From Entomortierella parvispora E1425 (taxonomy: Eukaryota; Fungi; Mortierellomycota), in the NCBI GenBank assembly GCA_020891255.1, contig BQFW01000001.1:1178001-1242000 (forward strand): a stretch of DNA of 64,000 nt. Direction: 5' to 3'. Of the stretch, positions 50,493 to 61,451 are shown in pieces; the first letter of the stretch is position 1, and every line of letters starts with the position of its first letter. The notes beneath the pieces were generated by a model. It searched no databases, was not told where the DNA came from, and was given only the letters and a program-made list of their open reading frames with translations. Both the position numbers and the translations under genes were made by a program.

Positions 50493-52772
50493 CTAGGCGG
50501 AATAGCCATCCTCATCACTGTTGTTCGATGGATCTTCGTGGCTTTCGTACGCGGGTTCGTCGCTCTCGTATACTGCTGGCTCTTCACTCTCACTTTCGTG
50601 CGGTGGTTCATCGCTTTCAATTTCGTACGCTGGTGCATCACTCTCGCTCTCATACTCAGGTTCATCACTTTCGTACACTGGCTCTTCACTCTCGCTCTCG
50701 TATACTGGCTCTTCACTCTCGCTCTCGTATACTGGCTCATCGCTTTCACTTTCGTACACTGGCGCTTCACTCTCGCTCTCGTACACTTGTTCATCACTCT
50801 CGTATGCTGGCTCGTCAATGTCGCTAGGTGGTTCATCTTCGCTTTGCACCAGGCCCATATCAATATCGCTCCCTTCGTCAAGATCCAGGTCGTTATCGTC
50901 ATCCTCCTCCTCCTCGAGATTGTCAAGATCCAATTCATCATCGACCTCCGCCTCAATTTCACCAAGGTCCATATCATCATCTCCCTCAATGTCCTCGCCT
51001 TCATCGAGATCGCTCATACCAATGTCATTTGCGTCATACGCTCCATAATAAGACGCAGCGTCGTCTTCATGCGAATCCATATCGTGCTCGTCTTCGTGCG
51101 AATCCATGTCGTGCTCGTCCTCGCTGTGTAGTTCCGGTACATCTATTACTCTCGGGCGATTGCGTAGTTGCTGATTTCCCGCCAGTCGGTATTCTTCCAT
51201 GGTAAGAGGGTCCGTCTTGCATTCGATTGTCAAGCTCTTGTTGACTGCCCTTACGTCCTCAACGAGTTTGGAATTTTGTTCAATCCTTCCTTCCAGTACC
51301 AGCTCATACAAGGTCGGAATCCGTGTACCAAGCCAAATAATCACTCTGGTCTGCTCCTTGTTGCAGGCGATCGTCAGATGTTCCAAACACTTTAGAGAGT
51401 CGATACAGGATTTTCCCAGTTCAAACAGCTTGGCATTGGTCCCCACACGAGACAAGTTCAGTTCCCGCATTCGAGGGAACTTTTGAAGTTGTCTGTACAA
51501 GTTTGTCAGAGTCGAGTTCCAAGCCGTTTGATTCGCATTTTTTGTATCCTTGTCCATATCAGAGAGTCGAGTTTCCAGGGAAGAGCTTCCAAACGACAGA
51601 ACTTCGATCCGACTGCTTAACCAAGGTTCATCAAAGATATCCATAGTGACGCTGTTGCAGTTGGACACATTGAGGTTCTCCAAGTTGGGACAGGACCGGA
51701 CAATACTCTTGACCCCTTCAGAAGAGACATGACTAGATCGCTCCAAAGAAAGATATTTGAGACGAGTTGCTCGGGCCGCAGGAGTGGAAAGCTTCAACAA
51801 GACCGAGTTGTTTGCCCGGGTATTTTCAAATTGAACATGAGTCAAGAGGGGATTGGCCTCGACAATGGCGGTCAGATCCATGGCCAGGAGACTTTCACAG
51901 TTGTTAAGTACGATTGTCGTCAACTGGCCCTTGCACTTGGCGGCAAATCCAGAAAGGCCCGAGCTCGAGATGTTTGGATAGCTGTCGAGATAAAGTGCTG
52001 TCAGCTGGGGTAACTTCTCCGCCATCTGAGTCAGCAGCACCTCTCTGATCTCTTCTTGAGGCATCAAGTCGATACAATTGGTGGCGTTGAACGACAAGAG
52101 ATTCGGGGCCAGGTCAGACTCCAGGAGGGCACTAACGACTGTGTCAAAGGCGGACAGCGATAGACGCAGGCACCGAACTTTGGTCATACCAGAGAAAAAG
52201 TCCTTGGTGGCTTCTTTGGTGATATGGATTCTCGAAAGACCAAGAGACTCCAGCTGCGAACCAAGTAGATCGTTGATGACTCGAAAGATCGCCGCGGTAG
52301 TTTGAGCAGGCGCTGGTTTCGAGAGCCTCAGGGTCAAATGCTTCAGCCTCGGGGTCAACTGTAGGATCCGAGTCAGCTCTATGGGCACGACCATATGCAT
52401 GGACATGTCGCATTGGAGTTGTATTTGAAGAGAGTGCACCCGAGCGCCGTGCTTGTGGAGTTCCTGGAGAAAGGTTTGGGTGACCTCTGGGAACAAGACT
52501 TGTCGCCAAAGGGAATTGAGGGAGCATTGGTACCATAATCGAGACACGAGCAGACATCGGCGCACCTGCCGCCTGTCGACGAATGAGAGGATATTACTGA
52601 GAACTTCTGGAATGGCGAGCGGTGATTGCTCGAGATCGTTTTGCTTTGATGGCTGACTGGGTTTGTTGTTGAGCCACAAGTCCAGGCCTTGGCCTAACTT
52701 GGACGGCGAGGAGGCTGTATGCGAGGAATTCGGCTTCGCCTTGGGCAAGCCAGAGGGGTTAGCCTTTTTCAT
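50493..52772 (-). CDS. F-box/leucine-rich-repeat (RNI-like) protein with acidic repetitive C-terminus
   Basis: Single ORF. F-box-like PLAIPEVLSNILSFVDRRQVRRCLLVSRLW, multiple LxxLxLxxC repeats, D/E-rich tail. ATG taken at MKKANPS. Confidence 0.88.
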   Translation of the reverse strand: MKKANPSGLPKAKPNSSHTASSPSKLGQGLDLWLNNKPSQPSKQNDLEQSPLAIPEVLSNILSFVDRRQVRRCLLVSRLWYQCSLNSLWRQVLFPEVTQTFLQELHKHGARVHSLQIQLQCDMSMHMVVPIELTRILQLTPRLKHLTLRLSKPAPAQTTAAIFRVINDLLGSQLESLGLSRIHITKEATKDFFSGMTKVRCLRLSLSAFDTVVSALLESDLAPNLLSFNATNCIDLMPQEEIREVLLTQMAEKLPQLTALYLDSYPNISSSGLSGFAAKCKGQLTTIVLNNCESLLAMDLTAIVEANPLLTHVQFENTRANNSVLLKLSTPAARATRLKYLSLERSSHVSSEGVKSIVRSCPNLENLNVSNCNSVTMDIFDEPWLSSRIEVLSFGSSSLETRLSDMDKDTKNANQTAWNSTLTNLYRQLQKFPRMRELNLSRVGTNAKLFELGKSCIDSLKCLEHLTIACNKEQTRVIIWLGTRIPTLYELVLEGRIEQNSKLVEDVRAVNKSLTIECKTDPLTMEEYRLAGNQQLRNRPRVIDVPELHSEDEHDMDSHEDEHDMDSHEDDAASYYGAYDANDIGMSDLDEGEDIEGDDDMDLGEIEAEVDDELDLDNLEEEEDDDNDLDLDEGSDIDMGLVQSEDEPPSDIDEPAYESDEQVYESESEAPVYESESDEPVYESESEEPVYESESEEPVYESDEPEYESESDAPAYEIESDEPPHESESEEPAVYESDEPAYESHEDPSNNSDEDGYSA
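50539..50820 (-). repeat. Coding tandem repeat, ~11 units of (E/A)PxYES(D|ESE), 21/27 nt
   Basis: Protein reads EPAYESDEQVYESESEAPVYESESDEPVYESESEEPVYESESEEPVYESDEPEYESES... Confidence 0.9.
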
Positions 52773-53070
52773 GATGCAGCAAGGAAGAATTGGCCAACGG
52801 GGGGAATGGACGGCCAATGGATGGATGAATGGATGGTGGGTGGTGGAGAGTTGGGAATTGATTTGGCTGATTCCCAGCCAAAATGGCTCGCGTGGGAGAC
52901 GCGCCCCGTAATGTCCACAGGGAAAACGCGCTCTGAAAAAGGCTGCCTTTCATGGCCATGGCGCCTGAGATAAAAGGATGGGGCGTTGTGGTTACCTCTC
53001 ACCCCTCTTCCTCCTCTCTCCAAGTCCTTCTACCACATCTTTCACTCTTCATCCATAGTCCTGCCCCTCT

Positions 53071-54864
53071 ATGCCAGTCCTTGCTGACGACCAACCATCT
53101 CCACAACTGTCGTCAAGGCTCAGTTGTGCCAGTTTGATCGGTGGCCTGTCGTCTCATGTTTATCATGAAAGCTGCCAGCGCGTTTCCGTGGTGGTCTGCA
53201 AGGCTGGTGATCACACCAAAGCGCCGACTTGCGACACTTCATGCCAAGAGTACCCAGATCGTGCAAAGGAGCCGTCGACCCAGCCCCACGATATCCTTGA
53301 CGAGATTTTCACAGAAGAGTTCAATCCTGGCCATCCATCCATGGCTTCCTCCATTGAAGTCTCCTCAGAGGATGAACTGAACACAGTTGCAGCCATTGAG
53401 GTGGACCCTAGCCGCCCAAGGAAGTATCAAAGCCTGGTCGGCAACGAGATGGGAAAGGGAAAACGACGACAAAGGCGCAAGAAGACAAAATCCACAACCA
53501 TCGGTCGCTTTGAAGTCTCGCGTGAATACTTTACTTCCTCCTCAACCACTCCTGGAGGGGGCTCCCGGAATATGAGCGACCATTCTCAGTCTCGAAATGG
53601 ATCTTCCAGGGACAAGGAAGTCCATATCAGCAAGAGAAAGGACGAATGGATCCGAATGCTCGACTTTTCCATGACTCGATACGCGAGCCCTTCGTGTTCG
53701 TCAGCACAAGACATTGGTGAGCTTTCTGGGGGGAATTTGGCAGACCTTCGGCAGGACGGTGATGTCTTATTCGTAGGAAAAGGTACGGGTAGATCACAGC
53801 ACGGACATTCCAAGCCTGAAGACCCCGATCGTCCTTGTAACAATGCTTTTGCGACCACACGTCCAATAGTAACGGCCCCGGTGGCCATCCCCAAGCCTTT
53901 TCTTCGCATGATTCCCAGCAGTGTCGAAAGTTCATGGACAACGGACGAGGACGCGCCGAGTCTGGGATCCCTTGGCTCTTTGGATCCTCAAGTCCCCAAT
54001 AACAGCTACGATGAGTTTGGATCCAGCTCCAGCTCTTTTGCTCTCTTCAACCAGCATTCGGCACACCCCCCGACTTTCAGGCCATTGATCGACTTTGATG
54101 AAGTGGTCGCCTCCAGAAGACCAGACTGGATCGCTTCTCGTCGAGCCTCCATCTCGCCAGCGGAGTCGACGTCCTCTTCTTCCTCCTCGTCTCCCATACG
54201 GCGTTCATCGGGATTGATAGAGACGTCGCTCGAGGCAACGTGGCGCGCCTTTGACTCTCATATTCAACCCTCCATCCTACTGACATCAGCAGAGGCAGAG
54301 ATTCTGCCAGTGGACCCCGAAACTCGACTTGCCAACAACTCGGGGGATTCTTCGTTGCCTTATTACAACAGAGTCGCCACAGCAATGCCACTCGTCTCGT
54401 CTCCGCAGCAGCGACTGCCCTCTCGATGGTTAGGGGCAAGACTGGAGGAAAGAACAAACCTGCCCCTCTGGTCTCATTCCCCACTCACGCTGACGCAGTG
54501 CTTCACCTCCCGTTCAAACTCCTTCAGCTCGAGCACAAAGGCCGTCTTGGTCACTGACACCTCAGCGACCACTGCAGCTACAATGACACATTCGCGCCCG
54601 ACGATGACCAGTTCTCTGGCACAGGCACTGGCCAAACTCACCTCTTCTGCTGCTGCCGCTTCGAGAGAGGACGACTCATCATCGGAACCAGAGTTTCCAT
54701 ACGAGGGACCGACTTTGCAGCCAAAGTTGCGATCCATTCGAGCAAAGGTGCCAGTCGTCACCTACGTGCCTGAAGAGTTTTATCCAGAGTTTGCAGCCGT
54801 GATGGATGAAGGGATCATATCTTGGTCTGGCCAGTCATGTCAGGACTCGATGCATCATATCTGA
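53071..54864 (+). CDS. Hypothetical Ser/Thr-rich, largely disordered protein (597 aa ORF)
   Basis: Long single ORF divergent from the F-box gene, with basic patch KGKRRQRRKKTK. No recognised domain; the true start may be downstream (e.g. 53341). Confidence 0.7.
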   Translation: MPVLADDQPSPQLSSRLSCASLIGGLSSHVYHESCQRVSVVVCKAGDHTKAPTCDTSCQEYPDRAKEPSTQPHDILDEIFTEEFNPGHPSMASSIEVSSEDELNTVAAIEVDPSRPRKYQSLVGNEMGKGKRRQRRKKTKSTTIGRFEVSREYFTSSSTTPGGGSRNMSDHSQSRNGSSRDKEVHISKRKDEWIRMLDFSMTRYASPSCSSAQDIGELSGGNLADLRQDGDVLFVGKGTGRSQHGHSKPEDPDRPCNNAFATTRPIVTAPVAIPKPFLRMIPSSVESSWTTDEDAPSLGSLGSLDPQVPNNSYDEFGSSSSSFALFNQHSAHPPTFRPLIDFDEVVASRRPDWIASRRASISPAESTSSSSSSSPIRRSSGLIETSLEATWRAFDSHIQPSILLTSAEAEILPVDPETRLANNSGDSSLPYYNRVATAMPLVSSPQQRLPSRWLGARLEERTNLPLWSHSPLTLTQCFTSRSNSFSSSTKAVLVTDTSATTAATMTHSRPTMTSSLAQALAKLTSSAAAASREDDSSSEPEFPYEGPTLQPKLRSIRAKVPVVTYVPEEFYPEFAAVMDEGIISWSGQSCQDSMHHI

Positions 54865-55079
54865 TTTGTTTTTAGTTTGAAATTGGCTGCTACTTTTGTC
54901 CTTCAAGGACCTCACCCTCAAACATGAAATTCAACAGAAAGGAGAAATGACGGATGGAAAAACTTCAATAGAGATGAAATACAAAATGAATACATGAATT
55001 TTTAATAGATTATGGTATCGACACAAGCTTACATCACCGAGAGAGGGAGGGGAAGGAGGGAGGATTATTATCGTGGATT

Positions 55080-56807
55080 CTAAACTTGTGTATGGTCCTG
55101 CGGCGTGGTAATCGTCGCAGATGAATGGGGCTGTTGAGTGTTGGAAGAGTTGCTTGACTCTTGTTCTAGAGGCTGTTGTGTTGGGTCCGAAAGCTGTAAT
55201 GGGTGGTGTTGATCTTGTTCGTGGGAACTATCAACGGTGTTGGTCGATTCATGGACTAGTTCAGGCTGCGGCTGATGCTGTTGCTCCTGGTTCTGTCTTA
55301 CTGCTGCTGTTTCTGTTGCTATTGCTGCAGATCCCGAAGGCAGAGGCTCCGAAACTGGCGGCATCAAGATCGAGTTTCGGTCTCTGTACACTGGCAAATC
55401 ACCTCCATCGTGATACATAGGTGGAGGCTCAATCTCTGGCATCACAGCGGGACCTCCTTCTTGTCCCCCGGGCGTGGTCTGTCCTGCAGCGCCGCCTCCC
55501 CATCGCCATCGCCGGGCAAAGATCAAATGAGACCGGTTGTGGTCATTGCCGACTAGGAGTGAACTCTCGTTGCCTTCAGATTCTGTCAACGAGACTACCC
55601 TCATCTCGCGCGATTCCCGAGTTGAAGTTGGTTGAAGACCATGATGGACTCCATCGTCGTCCTGTTGTCCGTCTGGATCCGAAGGTGATTTCCTCCGGCG
55701 GCCACAACTGGTCAGCCTTTGCCAAAGGCCTTCCTTGGTGCCGGTCGATCCTCCTCCCATGTATGCATGATGACGCCGGCCGCTGTTCGGATCCAGTCCA
55801 TCCCGCAGGGCTGCCATCCGTTTCGACCGCTTTTTTCGGTAATGCCACAGTCCTAAGCCTACTCCAACGATCAGGATCAAGGAGCAGATTCCAATCAACA
55901 AGCCCTGAATCAGCTTCTCCTTGGGGTCCTGATATCCATTTCCGTCATCACTCGGGTCTGGAACGGTCGAGTTTGGATTCCAGCACAGACCGTATCCGTT
56001 AGCACTCGCCTGCTTCTTGCACTCAAATGGGGCCTCGCACTGCATCGCCAGGGCTTCATTACAGGTCTTGAGGAAGCAAGCATTCTCAACCTGGTATTCC
56101 CAGGCCTGGCAGGTGGGCGGGCTGGAATACTCATTTTGGATATTCCCCACGCCCGCACAAGACTCTGTGTAGCGAACCACGCTTTGATTTGTGGTGGTGG
56201 AGATGTATCCAAAGAGGGAAAAGTAGCTTCCTGCGAGACAATTGGAGCTGCTGTTGCGCTGCACGTTTTGATCCATAGAGTCGATCGAGTTTGGCAAAGG
56301 CAGATAGGTGCTAGCATAGCAAAGTTGATTCGCAGCACAGTTCACAGGGTTGGAGCTCGGGGGTGTTCCATCTCCGTCTACGCACGGGTTGGTCGAGTTG
56401 TTGCAGAGGAGCGTCAAGGGAATGCATTGTGTGTTTTGATAGCAGGTCTGCCCACTGGCGGGAGAGAGGCAATCCTTGCACCGTTTGGTGACCACGGGCG
56501 GAAGAGCACTTGGTGCAGGGGACCCAGCAACGGTTTTGGTTACTGCAGACGAGGTGACGACTCCTCCACCTCCGCCACCTGCCCCTGGCGGTGGTTTCAC
56601 TGTTGGTTTGGTTGCAGGGCGTGTGGTTGTTGTGGCAGCCAAGGTGCTTGTGTGGGGGACAAGGCTGGGACCAGTGGCTGTTGGGAGACCGGCTCTGTCA
56701 TCCCTTGAGATTTGAGCATGGGCCACTGGAGGAATGAGAGATGAAAAGACGAGGAGAAACAGGATGGACGCTGGGACCAGGGCCAGACGGCGTCCACATG
56801 GGCGCAT
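55080..56807 (-). CDS. Orphan type I membrane protein with Cys-rich ectodomain (575 aa)
   Basis: Signal ...FLLVFSSLIPPVAHA-Q, T/P-rich stalk, 16 Cys in the ectodomain, TM LIQGLLIGICSLILIVGVGLGLWHY-RKKRSKR, cytosolic PPPMY and LPVY motifs. Confidence 0.85.
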   Translation of the reverse strand: MRPCGRRLALVPASILFLLVFSSLIPPVAHAQISRDDRAGLPTATGPSLVPHTSTLAATTTTRPATKPTVKPPPGAGGGGGGVVTSSAVTKTVAGSPAPSALPPVVTKRCKDCLSPASGQTCYQNTQCIPLTLLCNNSTNPCVDGDGTPPSSNPVNCAANQLCYASTYLPLPNSIDSMDQNVQRNSSSNCLAGSYFSLFGYISTTTNQSVVRYTESCAGVGNIQNEYSSPPTCQAWEYQVENACFLKTCNEALAMQCEAPFECKKQASANGYGLCWNPNSTVPDPSDDGNGYQDPKEKLIQGLLIGICSLILIVGVGLGLWHYRKKRSKRMAALRDGLDPNSGRRHHAYMGGGSTGTKEGLWQRLTSCGRRRKSPSDPDGQQDDDGVHHGLQPTSTRESREMRVVSLTESEGNESSLLVGNDHNRSHLIFARRWRWGGGAAGQTTPGGQEGGPAVMPEIEPPPMYHDGGDLPVYRDRNSILMPPVSEPLPSGSAAIATETAAVRQNQEQQHQPQPELVHESTNTVDSSHEQDQHHPLQLSDPTQQPLEQESSNSSNTQQPHSSATITTPQDHTQV

Positions 56808-57681
56808 TGTGAGAATGAGACGGCAGCAATGGCGCCAGGGTGAATGAATGGAAAGAAGGGGATGAGTGCGATGAGGGAGAGTTCAGGGAGAGTCCAGGAG
56901 GATGCGTGGAGAAAGAAGAGATGGCGAAGAGGGGGACACAGTAAGGAAAGGCAAGGGGACAAGCTGGCAGAGAAGGAACAAAAAAAAAGAAAAAGACAAC
57001 AGAAAACAGAAAACGAGGGCGATTGGGCGCAGAGCAACGGACAACGCAGGACAACGCAGGACGATGAAAGTCAAAATGGACGGCTAAGAATACCCCCTGT
57101 GGCGAGACCAGACCTGGCCCTGGAGGAGAGGCGAGGGCCAGGAGCGAGACGGAGGGATGCAGCCACTGCTGCGATGGACACAATAGAAGAGAAAGAAGGA
57201 ACAACAATGACAGAGAGAGAGGGAGAGGGAGAGGGAGAGGGAGAGGGAGAGGGAGGATAGGGCAAACCACGACCATCATTCATGAGTCCATCCATCCATC
57301 CATCCATCCATCCAGCCAGCCAGCCAGCCATCCGTTCATTCAAGTGCAAATGATGTCCATGTGCCAAAAAAACCTCTTGCCCGAGCTTATATTTTCTGGC
57401 TCTGAAAATTCAGTTCCACTCAGTCGCTTTCAGCCATGCCCGTTCGTCTCCGCCCGCTCTATGCGTGTGCGGTCCAGGTGACAGAGCGAGTGTTTTTTCG
57501 TATTATTGCCGCATTTGTTGATGTTCTTGGTTGCGGTTGTTGTCCATCTTTCCTTTCTTTGTGTCCTGGGAAAACGATCCATTGCTCTCGAACTTCTATG
57601 TTCACGCCAGGGATCACTCTGAGCATCTCCACAATCTGATCTCGCCCCTCGTCTTTGTTTGCCTTCTTCTTCTTGTGCTCT

Positions 57682-58929
57682 CTACAATGAGGCCTTTTCC
57701 AGCCCTGCGCCACTCACCACGCGCTTGACCACCAACTCTCGGATCTCTTGCTCGCTCAAGCCGGCCTCCTTCAAAATGGCCGCTGATTGGCCTCCTACCT
57801 CCAAAAACACGTCTGCATTCTCCTCCTTCTGCGGCACTGCCAATCCAGGGGTTCTCAATAGCTTGGGCGCGGGTGCAGGCGTAGGCATTGAGTAATAGTC
57901 GAGCACAGGGGTCACACAGGCATCCGTTTGATCAAAGACCTTGACCCATTCCTCCTGCGACTTTTCCGAAAACAGCTTTGTAAATAAGGCCTTCATCTTT
58001 GGCCACGATGCTGCATCCATTTGCTCCGGCAATTGGTCCTTGGTCTCATCTAATCCCAGTCCTTTGAGCAACAATTGATAAAACTCGACCTCGATCGCAC
58101 CCACGGCCATCCACAATCCGTCTTTGGTCTTGTAACAGTCGTAAAAAGGTGCTCCTCCATCCAATTGACCAGTGCCCCGAGGGGTCTGGAAGAGGGCCCC
58201 GGCCTTGTTCATGTTGTAGACAAAAGAGCCGATATAGTTGACACCGTCGATCATTGCTGCATCGACCACTTGACCCTTTCCAGATTTGGTTCGTTCCTGA
58301 AGAGCCAAGAGAACTCCGAGAGCGCACATCAATCCTCCGCCAGCGAAATCTGCCAGGAGGTTGATGGGGAATGCGGGTTTGTCATCGTGCTTTCCTAGGG
58401 TCTAAGCAACGTCAGGGATGCGTGTTTTACTTGTTAGTCAGCCACGATACAAAAAAAAAAAAAATAGGCGCAGAAGCGAGAAGGCGCGCCTTCCCACACG
58501 CGTGTGACACAACATCCTTACGTTCAAGACGCCTGAAATAGCGAGGTAGTTGATATCATGACCGGCCATCTTTGCATAGTGCCCTTGTTGTCCAAAACCC
58601 GTCATTCTGGCATAGACCAACCGAGGGTTCCGCTTTAAAAGAACATCGGGTCCCAACCCCAAGCGTTCCATCACACCGGGTCGGAAGGGCTCAATCACAA
58701 CATCGGCCTTTTCACAGAGGCGGATCAGGGTCTCGATCCCCTGGGGGGACTTGAGGTTCAAGGCAATGGAGCGTTTGTTGGCAGCGAGAACGTCCAGGTT
58801 CATGACGGCTGTGGAACGGTCGACCCGGATCACGTCTGCTCCGAAATCTGCGAGGATCTTGCCTGCAAAAGGAGCAGGCGCGAGGCCAGCAATCTCGATG
58901 ACCTTGAGTCCAGCAAGCGGAGTTGTCAT
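57682..58929 (-). CDS. Alpha-methylacyl-CoA racemase / CaiB-BaiF family III CoA-transferase (~375 aa)
   Basis: Exons 58929-58522 and 58401-57682; 1128 nt in frame. Motifs PLAGLKVIEIAGLAPAPFAGKILADFGADVIRVD, EPFRPGVMERLG, AGHDINYLA, NLLADFAGGG, LDGGAPFY; ends KASL. Confidence 0.95.
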
Positions 58930-59418
58930 TTAAGGAAGATGATTGGATTTATGGTAAGATGAGAAATGGACGCCGAGGTATGAAATGTGCAACGCGTAAA
59001 GATGACGAATAAAAGAGAGATTGAAGATGGGGTTGGGAATGGGAAAGAATGTAGGAATGCGAGGAATGCGGAGACAAAGAACTGGAGTAATGAGCAGCGG
59101 CCGGGTTGAAGATTAAGCAATCAATGCATCCAAACAGTCTCCGGCTCGGATGCAAGTGTCAGTTCGGGGTGGGTTTACGATGTCACTGGTGTAACCACAG
59201 GTGACATGCACAAAGGAACTTTTTTCACGCGTTGTTCAAGGTGACTTGATCCCTCGTGCCTACATATCAACCTTCTCTGTTGCTCTCTTGTTCCTGTCTT
59301 CGTCCTGAGTATCTCTATTCAGACAACCGTTCCATCTCTAACTGTCTGCTCGGACCTTTGTCCATTCCCACGATGTAGATATCGTTCCTTCTGCACTCCC
59401 CTTTGTTTTTGTCTGCTC

Positions 59419-60249
59419 ATGGACAACTCTCCTTGGACCGGCAATTCTCCGTCCGCACAACCTATCATGGGCTTTGAGTGGTCTCGCAACTCGATTCCTC
59501 GACCTGTTAATCTCCAAGGCGCTTTACAGGCTGCGCCTCACCATCACTACGGCAACGGATGTGGCGCGAACGGTGGGCCATTGCTTCACAACCAGCCCTC
59601 GCCTTCATCCATCCCTCCAAGTCACCCAGCTCGGATGGGGTTGAATGATCAAAGTCTAGGCGGTGGCGGTGTCCATAGTGCGGATGCTGTGGCGTTCAAC
59701 GCAAGCCAGCTACACCAACATCAACAGCGGCAGCCACATCATCATCAACAGCAGCAACAGCAGCAACAACAGCAACAACAACGGCACCAAGAAAACATGC
59801 CTGCGCGTGTTGGGATCTTATCATCCCCTCCTGAGGAGTTTCATCATCACCAGCATATGCATCCTGGACAACAGCAACTTCCTCAAGGCCATTCTCCCTA
59901 TAGCCAAAGCCATATTCACGGACATGAATTTTCTGAGGGACAACAACAGCTCCAGCAGCAGCAGCTCCAGAAGTCTTTCCGGTATCCGGTTTTATCTACT
60001 GTCCATTACTATCCTGAGGCACCCCAACAAGAAGCACATGAACACAGTCGCGCACACAGCGGAGGCCATGTTGGGCAGCCATATGGATATTCTCAAGATA
60101 ACCTGTCGTCCTTCACGCCACCCCCTTCAGCTCCAATTCCGACCCACGACTTGCCACCTCTTCGTGCCCGCCTCACAAACACCATCTGGGAGGATGAACG
60201 TATTTTGTTATCAGGTCGATGTTAAAGGCGCATGCGGCTTGACACGCAG
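59419..60249 (+). pseudogene. APSES (StuA/Phd1/Efg1-like) transcription factor, frameshifted and truncated at the start of the DNA-binding domain
   Basis: Q/H-rich N-terminus followed by RARLTNTIWEDE, then after a frame shift CYQVDVKGAC, matching the APSES start '[27 protein letters not shown]'. GTAAGC donor at 60250. The downstream NGTKLLNV exon was not found in the window. Confidence 0.65.
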
Positions 60250-61451
60250 GTAAGCCTCGCGCCCATGGCTGTGGCTTAGAGGCAAATCCACGACACGAGC
60301 TCGCGTCACCTCAGATGCTCCTGCAAGATTGTTCCCTTCCATGCGACGCCAAGTATAATCAAGGTAAATACACATCATATTTGTTCATTCGGCACATGCA
60401 ACATTGAACTCCTTGTGAATATATGCTATTCATAATTCCGAGAAAGGTGGTGGAGGATGTTGGATTTGGCACACAATGTCAAAACCCGCCCATGGACAGA
60501 GTGCTTTAGTCATCAAGTATGCTGAGCCATCCCGGGTAGCCATTCTGATGCTCCTGCCACGCATGCTGTCTTTTCGCAGAGCGAACGCATGCGTTCCGCA
60601 AGCAGTTTGTTTTTCACTCTCACTGAGCGTACCTCTGCATCATTTGTATGGTTGGAACCGCTGTCCCATTCGCTGGCAAGTCCGTGAGTCATGGAAGCCT
60701 TTGCATTCACACCCGAACGAGCAGTTCGCACAGCTTACAATGGCGACGCACAACGCTTGCCAATATTCGAATGACTCCTTGTTCAGAACCCTACTTATGC
60801 CCCAGAGGCCGTGATTGATTAATTGTTTTGCCTGCACGCTCTCAAGCATTCTACGCTCTGCTTCTTTGAATAAGGTTGCTAATTCTGCCATAACGGCGAG
60901 TTTCTTTATCTGCATGCTGTAGGAAAACTTTCTGGCCACACGGAAGATTTCCTTGGTCAGGTCAATTGATCAGAAGAGGCGCGCTACCTCAATGGTAATT
61001 TCATGTCAATAATGACTGCTAGATAACTTCGATCCATCTGATGAGGCTCTGAGCAAGATTAAACGTCCCCTGCGGTAGAAGAAAAGTGGAATCAAAGTCA
61101 GTCTCCCCTAACTCCACTGAACTCACCCATCCAATAGAGGTCTATGCCTCCTCAGTTGATACGAGGTGGAGAAAAGACAAGTAATCCAAAAAAAAAAAAA
61201 TGAGCAGGAAGAAGGATTTAAAGTGGATATGGATTTTGCTGGGTAATTGGGTCAACAGGACAGCAACGATAGCATACAGCGCCGCGCAACTGCCATCGGA
61301 TCCTTTCTTGGTTTCTCACTTTATTCATGGAATTTAAAAAATATGGCTGGATAGCCTGCATCAAGCGAAACCTGTTCCACGGCCTGTCTCTTCCATTGCC
61401 TGTCCATCCCACCCCAGGTAAAGTATGTATTTACTCCATGCCCAAGCGCAG

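Noticed and set aside
50521-51131. Hydrophobic plus-strand ORFs (197 aa, 175 aa) resembling membrane proteins
   Set aside because: They are the reverse-complement reading of the acidic repeat of the F-box gene.
59181-59206. Imperfect palindrome TGTCAC...GTGACA in the AMACR/APSES divergent promoter
   Set aside because: A single short occurrence, expected by chance in 64 kb.
60640-60939. 99-aa minus-strand ORF downstream of the APSES fragment
   Set aside because: Starts at a non-ATG codon, is bounded by stops and has no recognisable domain. It may be a pseudogene fragment but cannot be called.
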